Assembly: GCA_028534125.1 (NCBI GenBank) | Contig: CM052824.1 | Span: 57,412,001 to 57,476,000, forward strand | Direction: 5' to 3' | Length of the DNA stretch: 64,000 nt | Source of the DNA: Lama glama | Taxonomy: Eukaryota | Shown here: in pieces, positions 39,367 to 53,627 of the stretch | How positions within the stretch are numbered: position 1 is the first letter of the stretch | Layout: every line of letters begins with the position of its first letter | Notes under the pieces: model-generated | Seen by the model: the letters and a program-made list of their open reading frames with translations, nothing else | Database searches by the model: none | Told to the model about the DNA's origin: nothing | Program-made: the position numbers and the translations under genes

Positions 39367-39640
39367 CAGGGGTTGGCAAACCACAGCCCAGGGCCCCACC
39401 TGGCTCCATAAAGCTCTGTGGCTGCACACAGCCACCCTCACTGCCTGATGGGGCGCAAACCATGGCCCAGGGCCCGTCCCCACGCTGCCTGGCTCTGCAA
39501 GGCTGTGGCTGGACTCGGCCATCCTCACTGCCTGATGCTTTTGTGTCGCCAGGACAGAGCTGAGTGTTTGTGACACTTTACGGCCCCCATGTCTAAAATA
39601 CTTACCACCTGGCCTTTTCAGAAAGTTTACTGATGCAGGT
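39367..39640 (+). mobile_element. MER58A-like hAT-Charlie element
   Basis: Left terminus CAGGGGTTGGCAAAC, right end AAAATACTTACCACCTGGCCTTTTCAGAAAGTTT. Confidence 0.65.
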
Positions 39641-40528
39641 ACAGTACCCCAGGAGGGAAGGGAAGGAGGAACAGGAAGAGGGCGAGGGAGGGCGGGCAGC
39701 AACGAGCCCACACCGCAGAGGCGTCTTCAGCAGTAGCTCGGCCCGCCCTCCGCAGAAGCCTGCCCACTGCTTAGTCCTCTGAATCTTACCAGTCACTCAT
39801 AAATGATGAGAAAACAAAAAGCCGAGGGGATCTGCCGGCTCCTGCTGGCAAGTGCAGAAGCTGCTCTGCTTCAGGGGTAGAGCGACTGGGGTCAGGAAAG
39901 CTTTCCACCTCTCGTGCTGGAGCTGCCCTCGGGCCGGGCCAGGCCTCCCCTCCCAGCGCTGAGGTGGCTGCCAGCAGCGCCAGGTTCACTGCAGGTCCTC
40001 CTGACCGCACGCCGGCAGGCCCGGCAGAGGCCCCAGGGCTGGAGCGCATGGGCTGACTGCTCTCACCCATGCGTGAGGCTCTGCCTGGCCGGGCCGGGTT
40101 GTCTGCCAAGCCCCGGTGTGCGACCTAGCCCTGCACGTGGGCGCTGGGCGGTCACAGGGTGAAACAGCGGGGTGCTGTTAGCCGAGGAAGGGAAACGGGC
40201 TGCGCCGGCCTGGAGAGGTTTTCAATTCCAACTGAGGACTTCTGCTATAACATGAAAAGAGGAATTAGCTTACAAAGATTCACAGTACAGCCAACTTCAC
40301 TGGATTTTTTTAATAGCACATTAGAGATACAGGTAATGAGTGGGAGAGAAATTGCACTTTTAAATCTTTGTTTTACGCTTTTCCTCCTGGCCGTGTAAGA
40401 TGTGTTTGCTGCTCGTTTATTTCAGTAGCAGTATCAACAGTTTAATGAAGCTGATAATTTGGCTTCACACCAAACAATGGAGACCAGAGGGAAAAGAAGG
40501 AACAATCAACAGTTTGCTAAATGCACTA

Positions 40529-40534
40529 TTTATT
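40529..40534 (-). terminator. PARK7: PARK7 polyadenylation signal (second AATAAA at 40416-40421)
   Basis: AATAAATAGTGCATTTAGCAAACT on the - strand, about 170 nt after the stop codon. Confidence 0.75.
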
Positions 40535-40699
40535 CTGCAGTCAAGGTTTAGAAATGTGGGGACACAACTGGGGACACACCGCTGGGCTGCTGGCGGGTGA
40601 CCCCTGCACGGGGGGTGGGGATGGGGCACACTGACCCTGCTTTGTGTTTGGAGCGAACACAGTGAGAATGATTACGGACGGCCTACCCCTCCAGCCCTG

Positions 40700-40891
<192 letters not shown>

Positions 40892-41257
40892 CTAATGGGC
40901 TCTGCTGGACAGCCACGGACTCCACCTAGCAACACCGTTCCGTGACAGCCGGCGGCTGGTCTCTCGCAAATTAAAAACCAACCAACAAGCAAACCGCTCC
41001 CCTCAACCCCCGCCGACTCTGCAGCGGGTCATTCAAAAATGCACTTGGCTCTTGGAGGCCTTCCAAGCACACCGTGAGGATACTAAAGGGGCCTGTAGAG
41101 CAAAGAGGGGGCCACCGACAACTGTTGAAATGAAACATACAAATACACGTATGCTCAGCGCAGCCGCGTGAGACCTTGTAAATGTGAGATGTTGGAGTGA
41201 ACGCTGATTGCTCACTTTCTGGTATACAACAAGTGCTCAAGTGTCAATTTCATAACC

Positions 41258-41738
41258 TGGAGGGCAGAGAATCTGCCAGCCCAAAATACGCCGCTTTGGA
41301 ATACTGTTTTGAGCTGTAGGCACCTGAATAACAGCACATGCCACGAGAGGCTTTCTCTAAACTCCCCTTTTCTGCCTGAAGACAGAGCATCCAAAAGGAA
41401 CTCAGCTGTCACCAATCCCCTTCCGGGAGTTTCAACAACCAGGAGAGAAAACTGGAGGCTGACACCGCACCCAGACTCTGTCACAAGCGGTCACTCCTCC
41501 CGTCTACTCTTCTAAAGACCCTCCACCTTTCCTTTTTAAAAGCCAATGACTCTCCCCTAGGAGGCCGATCTCCCCCTCCCCTTTCCCTATTAAGATGGCA
41601 TTTAAAGGGGGGAGGGTATAGCTCAAGTGGCACAGCATTTAAAGGGGGGAGGGTATAGCTCAAGTGGCACAGCGCATAGCATGCACGAGGTCCTGGGTTC
41701 AATCCCCAGCACCTCCTCTAATAATAAGTAAACCTAAT

Positions 41739-41777
<39 letters not shown>

Positions 41778-41953
41778 CATTTAAGCCAGATTTCTCAGCC
41801 ATCTCAGGGAGCTACTCATTTTTCCCTGGGTATCTCCCATGCGTACAGGTTAAGAAGCTTTTTTGTTTTTCTCTTGCTAATCTGTTTTCTATTACAGGGG
41901 TCTCAGCCAAGAACTCAGAAGGGTGGAGGGAAAATTATTTTTCCTTCCCTACA
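41258..41953 (+). mobile_element. ERV1-class solo LTR in PARK7 intron 6 (antisense to the gene)
   Basis: TG...CA termini and a 4-bp TSD AACC (41254-41257 / 41954-41957). Contains a nested SINE. Confidence 0.75.
41607..41775 (+). mobile_element. Vic-1-like SINE nested in the solo LTR, with duplicated head and (CA)n tail
   Basis: SINE A and B boxes, TSD GGCATTTAA, and a perfect 37-bp tandem duplication at 41598-41671. Confidence 0.85.
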
Positions 41954-44900
41954 AACCTCTGGCAGGAAGGGGGTGAGAGTGAAGCCGTGTTGAAGGCAGA
42001 ACCCCCATCACACCGACTACCTGCGCTTTGCACACATTCTCTGCTGCCTCAAGACAAACACGCAAAAACGATACACAACATATCGGGAGTCGGGAGAGAT
42101 GGAGGAAGAAGCCACCCTCTCTTGTCAGGGGCTCCTTTTCTTCTGCGTCCCTAACTGGCTATATTTTCGCAAATGTAATAACTAGAAACGTGCTTCTATA
42201 TTTGCATGAAGTACCTCTGGGCAAGTCCCAGGCCACAACCCTGGGCTTCCTGGCACCGGCTCGCCAAGCTCTCGCCCTCCACACCAGCCGTCAGCAAAGC
42301 CTCGCACTGCACAGAGCCAGGCTCCAACTCCCCAGGTGCAGCAGCACCCCTGTGGCCTGGCCCCACTGCCCCCCCCCAACTCGTCCCATCGCCCACTCTC
42401 CCACCTGGAGCTGTCACCGAGCACCCTACACTCCCTGGCCCCGGGAAGAGCTGCCGGGCTGCCCACTCTGCCCAGAGAGCTCCCACCTCCTCCCCCTCCC
42501 AGGTTCAGCATCGGCCCCTCAGGGGGGCCACCTCTCCACACCGGGTCCCTGGGACCCATCAGAGCACCCACTCAGCACTGCCGGACCCTGGGAACAACCT
42601 GTTTCCTTGCTCGTGGTCTATTCTGAAAACGACTGAGCGCTCACCTGTCCCCACCCAGCCTTGATATGAACGGCCCCAAGGAGGCACCCCAAGTACCAGT
42701 GAACAGAAGAATGAATGAACATTCCCCACCTCCCCTCTGTGGACAGCCCTCCCCACACTGTCCTCCCTCCACGCTCAGCACCCCAAGAAGATGCTCTTTC
42801 CAAAGTGCAAGTCAGAGCACACCCACTTCTCTCCCCTACGACAAGTCTTCCCCAACTTTCTCCAGCACCTAGAGGTGACCCTGAACTCCACATCACAGTG
42901 CACAAGCCCTCAGGCCTGGTCTGCGTGCAGAGACTGGACCAGAAGGAGCCAGGACAGAGACAGAAAAGAACCTGTGTCCAGGTGGGAGCCAGTGGTGACC
43001 TGGGTGGGGACAGCGGCAACGGAGAGGAAACAAAGGTCTAAGGTGTATTCTGCAGATAACATGCCCGGAACCTGGTGAAGGACCGGACTTGGGGAGGCAC
43101 CCAGAATGATTCCTAGCCGTCTGTCCCGGCAACTGGGCAGGTGGTGGTGCCACTCAGCAGCATGGAACCCAAAGGACACAAGATTCAGGGCAGGGATTAA
43201 CAGCCCACGAAGGTCCTCTGTGAAATCCTGCCACACGCTGTCCCTGCAGGCAGAGCCAGGCATGCAGCACACACTCCACCTCTGACCACCTTACCCCCGG
43301 CCCCAGCCAGTGCGGACCCATCTCCCACCCACCCGAGAACACCTGAGGACCCGACTTCACTTTGTTCCTTTTTCTGTTTCCAGAGCCTGAGGAAGAGCTC
43401 AGGAAGTACTTGTTCAATGAACACATACAGAAAAAAGCTCGCCTAAAAAGATGCTCTTGCTGTATTATGAGCTTTAGAAACAAGGTACTGACTCAGGTCC
43501 CTTCAGAGTGGGTTAACGACACCTGCAGTAACTCCTGTCTTCCTGGGCTCGTTACAAATTAAGTCACCGCTGAAGTACCTGACCACAGCACATGAAAAGA
43601 GGGGCCCTACTTTGAGGAAGAGGCGTTTTCATAATGCGACCTCAATGACTGGTGGTTAAGCCAGGCCAAGCTCACTTTAAATGCTCAACTAGGAAACTGG
43701 CTGGACCGAGCCTCCCAGAGCCAAGATGGCTCCCTAGATGGGGCAGCGGGAAGCACGATTCTACACGCTTCACTCAACAATCTCTTTGTGGGTAAAATAC
43801 TACAAATACAGCTTAAACTGGTTAAAGATGTTTAAAGGTTCCATGGTTCTCAAAACCTCAACCAGGAGGAGCACAGGTCTGCTTGTCCACTAGCCCCACC
43901 TAGCGGCGAGCACGCAGAAGCACAGCACGCCCGGCCCTCGCCTGCACGGGCGCGGGCGCACCAGCCCACGGGCACAGGACACCACACGCTCAGTCTGGCA
44001 CAAGGCACTCATTTCTTTTCAACTTTAAGCAAACACCCCAAAGCCTCTCTCAAAGCCCAGACATAAAGCAACTGGGGCGGCTGGGGGCGAGGCGGTCAGC
44101 AACTGATGGCTGCTTTTACAGGCGACACCTCACCCAGGTGGTCTCAGGGCCTCGGACGTGAAGTCCCAGAGAGCCGGAAATATTTACTACCGGCCCTTCA
44201 AGGAAAAGCCGCTGGCCCCTGCGCACAGCAGCCCTGGGTTCCAGTCCTGGCTCTGTGGTTTAGGAGCTGCCTGACCTCCCTGGGCCTCCCTTTCCTCTTC
44301 TGTAGAATGGGGGTGATACCGAGCTAACAGGACTACCGTGGGAATCCAGTCGAACCAAAGGCCAGCAGGAGGCGGCACAGTTACCCCAGCCTGTTCCCGG
44401 CTCTGCTCCCAGCGCTCAGCCCTGGGCCAGGCCTTCAGATGCTCACTGCAACAACGGGCAAGCAAACGGCAAGGCCGCACCTTCACTTCAAAGCTGAGAA
44501 GCAGACTCTGTCCTTCAGACTGGAGTGCCCATTTGAGTAAAACATTTCATACCGACCCGAATGGCGAGGTTGCGATGAGGACAAGCAGGAGGGCCTCACT
44601 GCAGGAGACGCCCAGGAAGTGCCTGTAGCTCCACTTCTCAGAATGTTCTTAAAGTGCAGAAATTGCAAACGTTTTTTTCTTGCAATGGAACTGACTAAAC
44701 CCAGTGCCTGGTAACAAACGTGCGTGGGAACCTCACAGGGACAGAGGCCGGGCCACGTGGCCTCGCCCCCCCCAGCCTGTTTCCTCGCCTGTGAGGCCAA
44801 TGCCGGCCGGCCCGCCTGGCCCCGGGGGCTGCGAGAGTGCCTGGAAATGCCCAAGAGTTAACAGCCTAATCTTCTACGTCTGATGGGCCTCAGGTCTTGA

Positions 44901-45219
44901 GGTCTCACAAGGAAGGAGACAGAAAGGATGCACCTTCAGATAACGGAGACTGTCTGATTCGAGCCCTCCTTCTCATGTGTTGCAACTACTAAACGAAGCC
45001 TGATTCTGTTCTTTCTGACCCTCCAAAATCCCCCCACTGGTTCAAAGTAAGTTAAATCCCTACATTAAAAAATGCCCAGAAGCCAGAGCCTTAAAAAAAA
45101 AATCAACTTTCACACAGAGGGTTTTAATGACAACTTACTTACTGTCTTTCTATCAACTAAAATAAAATTATAGGTTTTAAGAAAATACTACTCTAGATGA
45201 AATTTAAAAACGTGCAGAA

Positions 45220-45420
45220 TGTCCAACACCAAGAGTGAACCCTAACGTAAACCACGGGTGCTGGGTGACGGCGACAAGGCGGGGTAGGCTCACCGCCTGG
45301 TGGGGAGGGGGGCTGTGCATGGGCGGACGGGGGTTCACGGGAACTCTGTACTTTCTGCTTCATTTTGCTGTGAACTTAACACTCTTCTGAAAAATAAGGT
45401 CTATTAATTTAAAAAAACAA
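45220..45420 (+). mobile_element. L1M 3' end fragment
   Basis: AACACCAAGAGTGAACCCTAA...GGAACTCTGTACTTTCTGCT...AAAATAAGGTCTATT. Confidence 0.65.
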
Positions 45421-46751
45421 AGGCAATAAAATGAAAACTGCATCACTTTACTTTTCTATGAAAAGGGACTATAAGAAATGATGCTAACCGCCCTTTTAGT
45501 TCACAGTAAGCCCAGGGCAGGACTGACAGGCGGAAAATGTATCAGCTGCACAGCCATCTTCAAACCCGCCTTTGATGTTATCAGTCTTTTCATTTAGCCA
45601 CCATGTTTTGGTTGGCTGGTGTCACTCAGTCTCCCCCCTGGTTGAATGCCAGTCGGATCACCTTGGCTTCTAACTGGGAATTCTGATTCTCTTGCATTTG
45701 TCCTCTCTCTCTGCATGTTCCAAGGCCCCTGCCTCCCCGTGACATGCACTGCAGGGACAGGTGGCAGAGGAAGACCCTTCCTGTCTGACAGAAGACACTA
45801 CTGCTTGGTGCCCTGAAAGCCACACTGAGCAGCAGCGGCTGGTACTGGGGGAGCGGCGGCCCCCTGGCACAGCTGCACGTTCAGGAGCTAAGATAATCAT
45901 ATATGCCTCGCATTTTAAAACTTGATACACACGTCTCTGCAAGCTGTTAAGAGACAACAACATCCTTTTTTTTTTAAATAATCTCCAAATAACAAGCAAT
46001 ATAAGAGAATTTAAAATTTTTTGATACATTATGAAGAAAAAGTGTAACGTTACGTTAAAAAAGCAAGCTGCAGGATGTATTTACGAGATTTCACTGGAGT
46101 AAAAATATTAAACCACAAAGGATAAGGGGGGGTGTACAGAGACAATTCTAGGGTTACACAAGAAACTTTTAACAGAAATTACCTCTGAAAATTAGAGAAA
46201 GGGGTGGGGAAGTCAGTGAGGAAAGGAACATCTCTTTCTACTTCATCCCTTTCTGTGCTGTTTGCATTTTTTAAAACATGAATAGAAATTATTTTTATAA
46301 AAATAAGTTAACAAAAGTTAAATATCTACTTGATATTTATAAAAGAAATCTGTCAGCCGAGGAACAGGCTTGGACCCAGGCCTCCTCAGAAGGATGGCGG
46401 AGCAATGTGTACTTCACATTGGACTGTGGGCAAAAGGGCACATTCTGAAACTGCTATCGAGGTTTAAAATTTACCTTCAGATTGCTGGCAAAGTATTTGG
46501 TAAAAATACTAATTAAACTGGCATTTTGCAACCACTTCAGTCTGTGACACTGGCCTTTGGCTTAGCTCCCACGCCTCCAGGATATACAGAGACTCGTAAG
46601 GTTAGCCCGCCTCTCGCATTAAAACACTTGCAAAGAAAGTAAGGGACATGTCAAACCTCAACCCCCACCGGGAACCCCTATGTGTCAACTATGTAGACCT
46701 GTGGGAGACAATGCCACATGGCCGCTTTTGAGAAGGTCTTTTTGTACGTTA

Positions 46752-46949
<198 letters not shown>

Positions 46950-49900
46950 TTACCTAAAAATATACTTACGATTCTGAAATTAAACGCCTCTCAGTATGAG
47001 AGCTGAAGTATGTTTATAATAAACCACCTGAGCTAAGCACATATGGCAAAAGCGTACAAACTCAAGATAACCATTTCATCAAAAAGACGTACCCTGACAC
47101 CTGAGGAGCAAACAGGTAAAAGACCGTGCCCCCAGGAGGGACAGGCTGCAAGTGTAATAGGGGCACAGAGGAGAGGGAGACCCCAGGGGCGACTCACCTT
47201 GCCTTACTCTTTTGCAAATGAAAGGTTCAGTTACACATTAAAGGCAGCTGGTACCTTTTGAACCTCTGGGCTTAACTGCTATTTTACGGACTAAATTTTT
47301 TTTAATTGAAAATGAAAAATTAGCGCTCATCTATCTGCCTATCCAAATATATCAGGTGATAAGAATGATTAAAATGAACACAACACTGTCCCAGCCCCAA
47401 AGGAGACACCTCTGTGTCTGAGACATAAAGGCCTTTCTTTCTTACAGCTACGCACTAAGAAGAACCTTGCACAAATGCCAACTGTGATCCTCTGGGCCTT
47501 CCCTCTTAAAATAGAGTTTTAAAAAAATATGCAGGTGCTGAGTTGAGATTTTTATCCAAATGTATTCACTGAAAACTGATAATCATAAGCATATTTCGCA
47601 GGTAACATTCCCCAAGTAGGGGAATGTTTGTTATCTTACCTTAAAACTTTAAAGAAAGTAGTTATTCTATTTTTTTTTGTCTAAGCCACCAAAAAATAAC
47701 AAAAACAAACAGAAACTTTCTAAGGCCTCATGTCACACCTAGAGAAACTTTAAAAGAGCACCATGACCTTCTAAATGGTCAGGCCACAGTGGATAAGATC
47801 TCAGGTCAGAACCTGTACACTTCAGCTTCAGCAAACCCAAGCACTTTCTTACAGCCCTTTCATTTTTCAACACGGTTCCAAGAAAAAAGTTCTTATGTAA
47901 CAGACCCACAGGCTTCTCAGACCTCAGCTGCTACTAACAGGAAGCGCAAACAAGCAACACGCAATTACATAAGCTTTCTGCCCAATGGAGGTGTCGGTTT
48001 CAGACCAATCCTCACTTACACCTTAGGTCAAAAGCCTTTTAAATACACTTGACCTCTCCCTCCTCCTCACTTGTATTCTACCCGCGAGAGAACCATGTGT
48101 GGTAGCAAATTGCAAATGTCTGTAAAAACTGAGGGATTATCACTCAATTTTTATTTGAATGGATTCATGAATTACCTTTAATGCTTATTTTGTAAGATTT
48201 TAAGTAAATAATTTGCTGCATTTTCTTGTAAAGCAAACCTCAAGCGATGACTGACCCACAGTGAGGAGAGTGGTCACACGGTGAGCTGGGACTTTACAGA
48301 CTGCTCCCTCCAGGTGATAAAATTACTGCTTACAGTAACGTTAACAAACGTGCTGTAAATTCATAATTACTGCTTTCTGGGGCTTTAGGATCCTATTTGG
48401 AAAATTAGAGGCGGTATCTAGCTACTTCTATTACTTGCGCTTTTGATGGATGAAGTGTGGCCGAGTCCGCAGCAGGGATCCAGCCCTGAGCATGAAGCAG
48501 AGGGTACAGTGGACTGAGTTGCCTTGGGAGGCCCAGAGGATCCGGCCAACAGTGCCACCGTGTGGTGACTTACACAGAGAGCACCACGGCCACCTCCTGG
48601 CCCCTCCAGGTGCCCCTGAGCCTGGGCAGTACTTGGAGCCGCGTGTGGGCCAAGTGCTGGCTCCTTCCCCTGGAGGATTCCTTCCCCACCCCACCGCGCC
48701 GAGTGAATCTCCTTTCATTTTCTTCTCAAGATAGTCTCCCTTCCAATTTCTGTCTCTCGCATTCACTCAGTATTAGGGGTTAGGTTAATGTTCCTTCTGT
48801 TCAATAAACAGCTCCCAGTTCCTGACTGCAACGCTTAGCAATCTTCTTGTTTCCATCCGCCGATTTAAAACCTCAGAATCTCTTCCACGGTTCACACTAG
48901 CCACTCTTTCACACTCAAACTACCGCAGTCTCCATGACACACGGGCACGCGCCTTCCCGTTTTTTGCAGCCCCAGAAGAGCAGGGCAGGAGATTCATCGC
49001 AGACAGATCATTAGCGCTGTGTACCTTATGAAGTCCATTTAAATGATTATCAGGTCTGCGTTCCTAAGGAGCGTGGTACCCAGGCCTGCCTGAGCCCAAA
49101 ACAGTGAGCCAGATGGGCCAACAATTTCCCTATCTCAATGACACAGAACAAAAACGGACACATGGTTTTGACTTTCAGCAGAGTCCTAAGAGGACAAAGC
49201 CAGCCCAGACCCTTCCATTCTTCCTTTGGTTAAAGCACCTAAGGGCAAGGCAGACGTGAGGGGTGAGCAGAGTGGGGAGGGGATGGGCTGGACTAGGTCC
49301 TTATACACCTAATAGGCCCTACGTCCGCCTCCTCAAAGACGGGTGCAGCTGCCTGTGCCGCAGTGTCCTTCAGCAGAGACAAATCCTTGGGCCCTGAGGG
49401 CAAGTCAGAGGTCAATGTCGACCAGGGGTCAAGGACAGGGCCCACCAGGCGGTTGCCTCTGCAGTCCTGCTCTAATGCAAAATGCCCAGGGCCCTAGCCT
49501 ATGGATTCTTTTAAAAAGTCTACTGTATTGAACAAAATAAAGTGTCATTTTATCTAACCGTCCATACATCCACTAATTTATATACTCGCTCTTTTGACAG
49601 ACGTTTAATAAAGGCCTATAAACAAGAAAGGCACCTGCCAAAATTACTCAGAATATCATCTGATAGTAGAGCAAAAAGAATGGATTTTTAAAGCACTATC
49701 AGAAAACAAAGTATTACTAGGTTTCAAAGATGTGAGGACATCCATAAAGCCCCAAAAACCTGCCTCTGAAGCACTTGGAGGCAGCACAGTGCCCGAGACG
49801 CAGCACTGAGCACCGATGTCGGCAGAGGGCACTATGGGGCAAGCCCAGGGCAGAGCCGTCCTGTTTCGTCTGCCCGGTTCTTGCTGACAGTGCGCTGGCA

Positions 49901-50216
49901 CAAAGACCTTCTGGCACCAGGATTTGCTGCAACCAGCTGTTTGCTGAATTCCAGAGGGGCCAGATTTTCCTCTGAGGTCCACCAAGCACAGAAAACACGA
50001 AGTTTCACAGAATGTAGACCAAAGGCACGGAGAGGCAGAGAGCGGAACGGCTGTAGTCATTTCTGAAATGACACTAACTTCATGCCACCAAATTGAACAC
50101 ACCAATACAGACGCCTTTCCTGCTTTATGAAGGGGAAGAAGTCTTTGGAACCAAATCTTATAATTACAGACCACCCCGGTGTGTGGGTTCTGCAGCTTCC
50201 ACATGTTACACGTCAC

Positions 50217-50286
50217 CTGCACAGATGGCAGCAATGAGGCCCTTGCTCTTCTCTTGTTCTTTCAGAACCTCTTTCACAGCAGCGGA
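50217..50286 (-). CDS. PARK7: PARK7 exon 5: SAAVKEVLKEQEKSKGLIAAICA (contains C106)
   Basis: 70 nt with AG/GT boundaries (donor GTGACG). Confidence 0.97.
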
Positions 50287-51033
50287 CTATTCAAAGAAAA
50301 GCAAAAACACATCAAGTTATGATCAAGCCACAGCCAGTCTCTGGCTAAAATCTGATTTTAGCTTAAACCACAAGATCTTCAATCTGACTACTTTTCAACA
50401 ATATTGCTAAATCATCAATATAAAAATGACCAAATCTGTAATGCTTCTACATTCTTAAACCCAAGCACGGCATTTATTATATGAAAAAGGCACCCTTTTC
50501 TTAAGACGTTTAAAGCTGAGATGAGAAAAGCAAGTTCCCCTGGGCACGCGAACCCTCGCCGTGCTGTACTCCAGGGAGAGACACGGCAGGGAGGAAACAC
50601 GGTTCTGGGGGTGTTTTCAGGCAGCAGAGTCGGGAACAGGGCCCCGCAGTCCCCAGTAGCTGATTCAACCTGCTTCACGAGCTCCTGTCTGCCGGCCTCT
50701 CCTACTGCTGTCTCCTTGCTGCAGGCTGACTCCTCACACAAGACAAAATGAAGAAGGAAGCAGTGGCCCCCATTTGGCCATTTCTCATTCCAGCTGGCAG
50801 CTGGCGCCCTCTGCACCCACCGAAGCCCCGCGTTGAGGAGACAGCCAGTCTCTCAGCTTCCTGTGCCTGAGCTGTCCTAGGCCCCAAAGGAGATCGTGCT
50901 GCTGCTGCCGAGGGAAGAAAATAAGCAGTCTCACATCTGGACAGGACCCACAGCCTCTGTCTTAACTGTCCCACCAATTCTGCTTACTTCTATCGTGAAT
51001 GCTATTAGGAATGCTTTTGAAAATTTAAGTTAT

Positions 51034-51170
51034 GGGGGGAGAGTATAGCTCAGTGGCAGAGCGCATGTTTAGCCTGCATGAGGTCCTGGGTTCAATCCCC
51101 AGCACCTCCATTAAAAATAAATAAGTAGACCTAACTACCCTCCTCCCAAAAAAAGCTAAAAAAGAAAAAC
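51034..51170 (+). mobile_element. Vic-1-like SINE in PARK7 intron 4
   Basis: TATAGCTCAGTGGCAGAGCGCATG...GGTTCAATCCCC plus tail. Confidence 0.85.
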
Positions 51171-51323
51171 CCTTAAGCTAGACCATTTTGTTAATCTCAT
51201 CTTTTCCTATTTTATTCACAGCCTCCCTCCTGAAATATTATAACAAAATCAACAGACTCTTATCAGGAGATGTTGAAGTAGCACTTATACCCATTTTTTT
51301 TTTCTTCTTTACCCACTTTTTAC

Positions 51324-51383
51324 CTCAGATAAATTCTGTGCGCCCAGGTTACCTCCTGGTAGAACCACTACGTCATAAGGTCC
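51324..51383 (-). CDS. PARK7: PARK7 exon 4: GPYDVVVLPGGNLGAQNLSE
   Basis: 60 nt, TACAG acceptor, GTAAAA donor. Confidence 0.97.
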
Positions 51384-53186
51384 CTGTAACAGTTAAAAAA
51401 AAAAAAAAAGCAAGAATGTTTCATCTGAAATGTGCATTAAACAATAAACACTTTCACATTTTAAGTGTGGGTCATAAGCAAAACACTGTTCACAGAAGAA
51501 CACTTAAATACAGCAAGATGTTTCTCTACGATGGAATACTGCTGTAACTAGTAAAAAATAGAGAACATCTGTATATAATAAAATGAAAGGATGTCCTTGT
51601 TGCAGAATTGCAAGGGTAGCACAATCTCATTCTTGTACAAAATATATACACATGCATGTGCATGCAGATGTGTCTGTATACACACTTAACACACACACGC
51701 TCACATGGACAGTATACAGATACTCACAGACAAAGGAGTGGGCCAACTGATATGGGATGAGGGGAGAGGGGGAATGAGAAAGGACGTTTAACATCTGACG
51801 TTGTGTTGATCTATACTGCATGAGTTGTTTTTCAGCAGGAATGCACGAAGTAATACATAATTAAAAGAAAAATGTTAAAACGCAGAAAAAAATTTAACCT
51901 TATGAAAAATGGAACTTGGGGGATAAAAATAATGCAAAATTTTAGTATCCCAGACATCAAAACATCCTAGAAATCTAATGATTTCAAACTTGCTGAAACT
52001 ACAAAATAGAAGGTTTAACAATACTTTAAAATGTTAAGAAAGTTTTAAAAATTTAGTCATTCAGCAAATTATCAAATGAGAATTCTGTACATATTTAGTG
52101 CGTCATATGCAATTTAGAATTACCTTTAAAGACTATAAATCTCCTATGTTGTTTTAAAATGAAACAAAACTAAAAACAAAATTTGTGACGTATAGACTTT
52201 CTTTCACTTCTTTTAGATATGGAACTAAACAATAAATGGACACAAAATGTAACTACTGTTTTAAAAAAACCCAAACACCACAGGACAAAAAAGATCAGGG
52301 AAGAAATATTTACTTATCCTCTCTCATTTTTAACCTGCTATTTATAAAGTTTCAACAATTTATATGTAAATACCAGTATTCTTACACTCCACAATCTAGC
52401 ACTGAAATACTTGAATTTATGAAAAAGGAGTAAAGTTTTTCTATGCACTTGAGGACAGCTAAGCACAGGGAATCACGCTCCCAGGTTCCACAGCAGGGCT
52501 CAGGTGGCCATCCATGAGCTGGCTCTGTGTCCTTCTCTGCCACGTCTCTGCTCCCAGAGGGTGCTGCCCACACCCCTGTCATGCTGGCCCCTTCAGCCTG
52601 AGCACTGTGAGAGTGTCTGCAAGAGTCTGAGCCTGTGTGGGCAGGCTTGCTTCTGAAGAAAGGGACTATAGCTCTTGACAGATTCCCAAAAGTGTTGGTC
52701 CCCCTCAAAAATAAGAACCACAATGCTAAAGATACTGAAAAAGTGACACAATTTAAGTAGAACTCTTGCTCCTTCCTTAATCCAACCACGAATGAAGCAT
52801 GAGTTGTTCCACGTAAAATGAATCACACAACCACGTCTGTGTCATTGAAAGAGGAAAGGTAGTAAGTAGTTTTTGAATAAAGAGTAAGAAATGACTAGGA
52901 AATACAGGACTGATTCTCTGATATCAAGTAACAGAATTGTAACAAGAGGCAAGGCTGCCTGGATGAGCCAGGATACTGGTCCAAGTGTCCCATCCATTCA
53001 CCCACGCTGAGCACGTGCAGGGTCATGGACCTGCCAGGCTCCAGGGGTACAGATACAGAGCAGAGCAAAGCAAAAGTCCCCCACTTCCCAGCGCTTAATT
53101 TAGTGGCAAAGACAACCAAGCAAAGTGATTTTCCTGAAATAAGTTTGTGCTAACAACAGCCTCACATGTACTCCAAACACAGCTCA

Positions 53187-53342
<156 letters not shown>

Positions 53343-53503
53343 CTAAGAGAAAGACGTCATCATGATATTTAAGAACACTGAAACATAAATTTAGAGTAAC
53401 ATTTTCACAGCTGTCCTGTGTTTTAAAATAACTTGGCAGGAAATACCGCAACAAAACCATGCTGACTTTAGGCTCATTAAGCTGGCTAGCTGTATTTTAT
53501 CAC

Positions 53504-53627
53504 TAGGTCTGTCCCAGTTTGCCCAGGACAGTGTGAATTAAAGATGCTGTCCCAGCATGCTGCCTGCTGAGTGTTCTTCCTCCCACAAGGGTTCCGGTTT
53601 GGGGGATAAGCCATACGACCATCCTAT
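53504..53627. mobile_element. hAT-Blackjack-type MITE (MER81/MER94-like)
   Basis: TGTCCCAGTTTGCCCAGGAC motif and a ...GACCATCCTA terminus. Confidence 0.45.

Noticed and set aside
42028-42664. 202-aa and 152-aa ORFs in PARK7 intron 6
   Set aside because: GC-rich intronic sequence with proline-rich, low-complexity translations and no domain signal.
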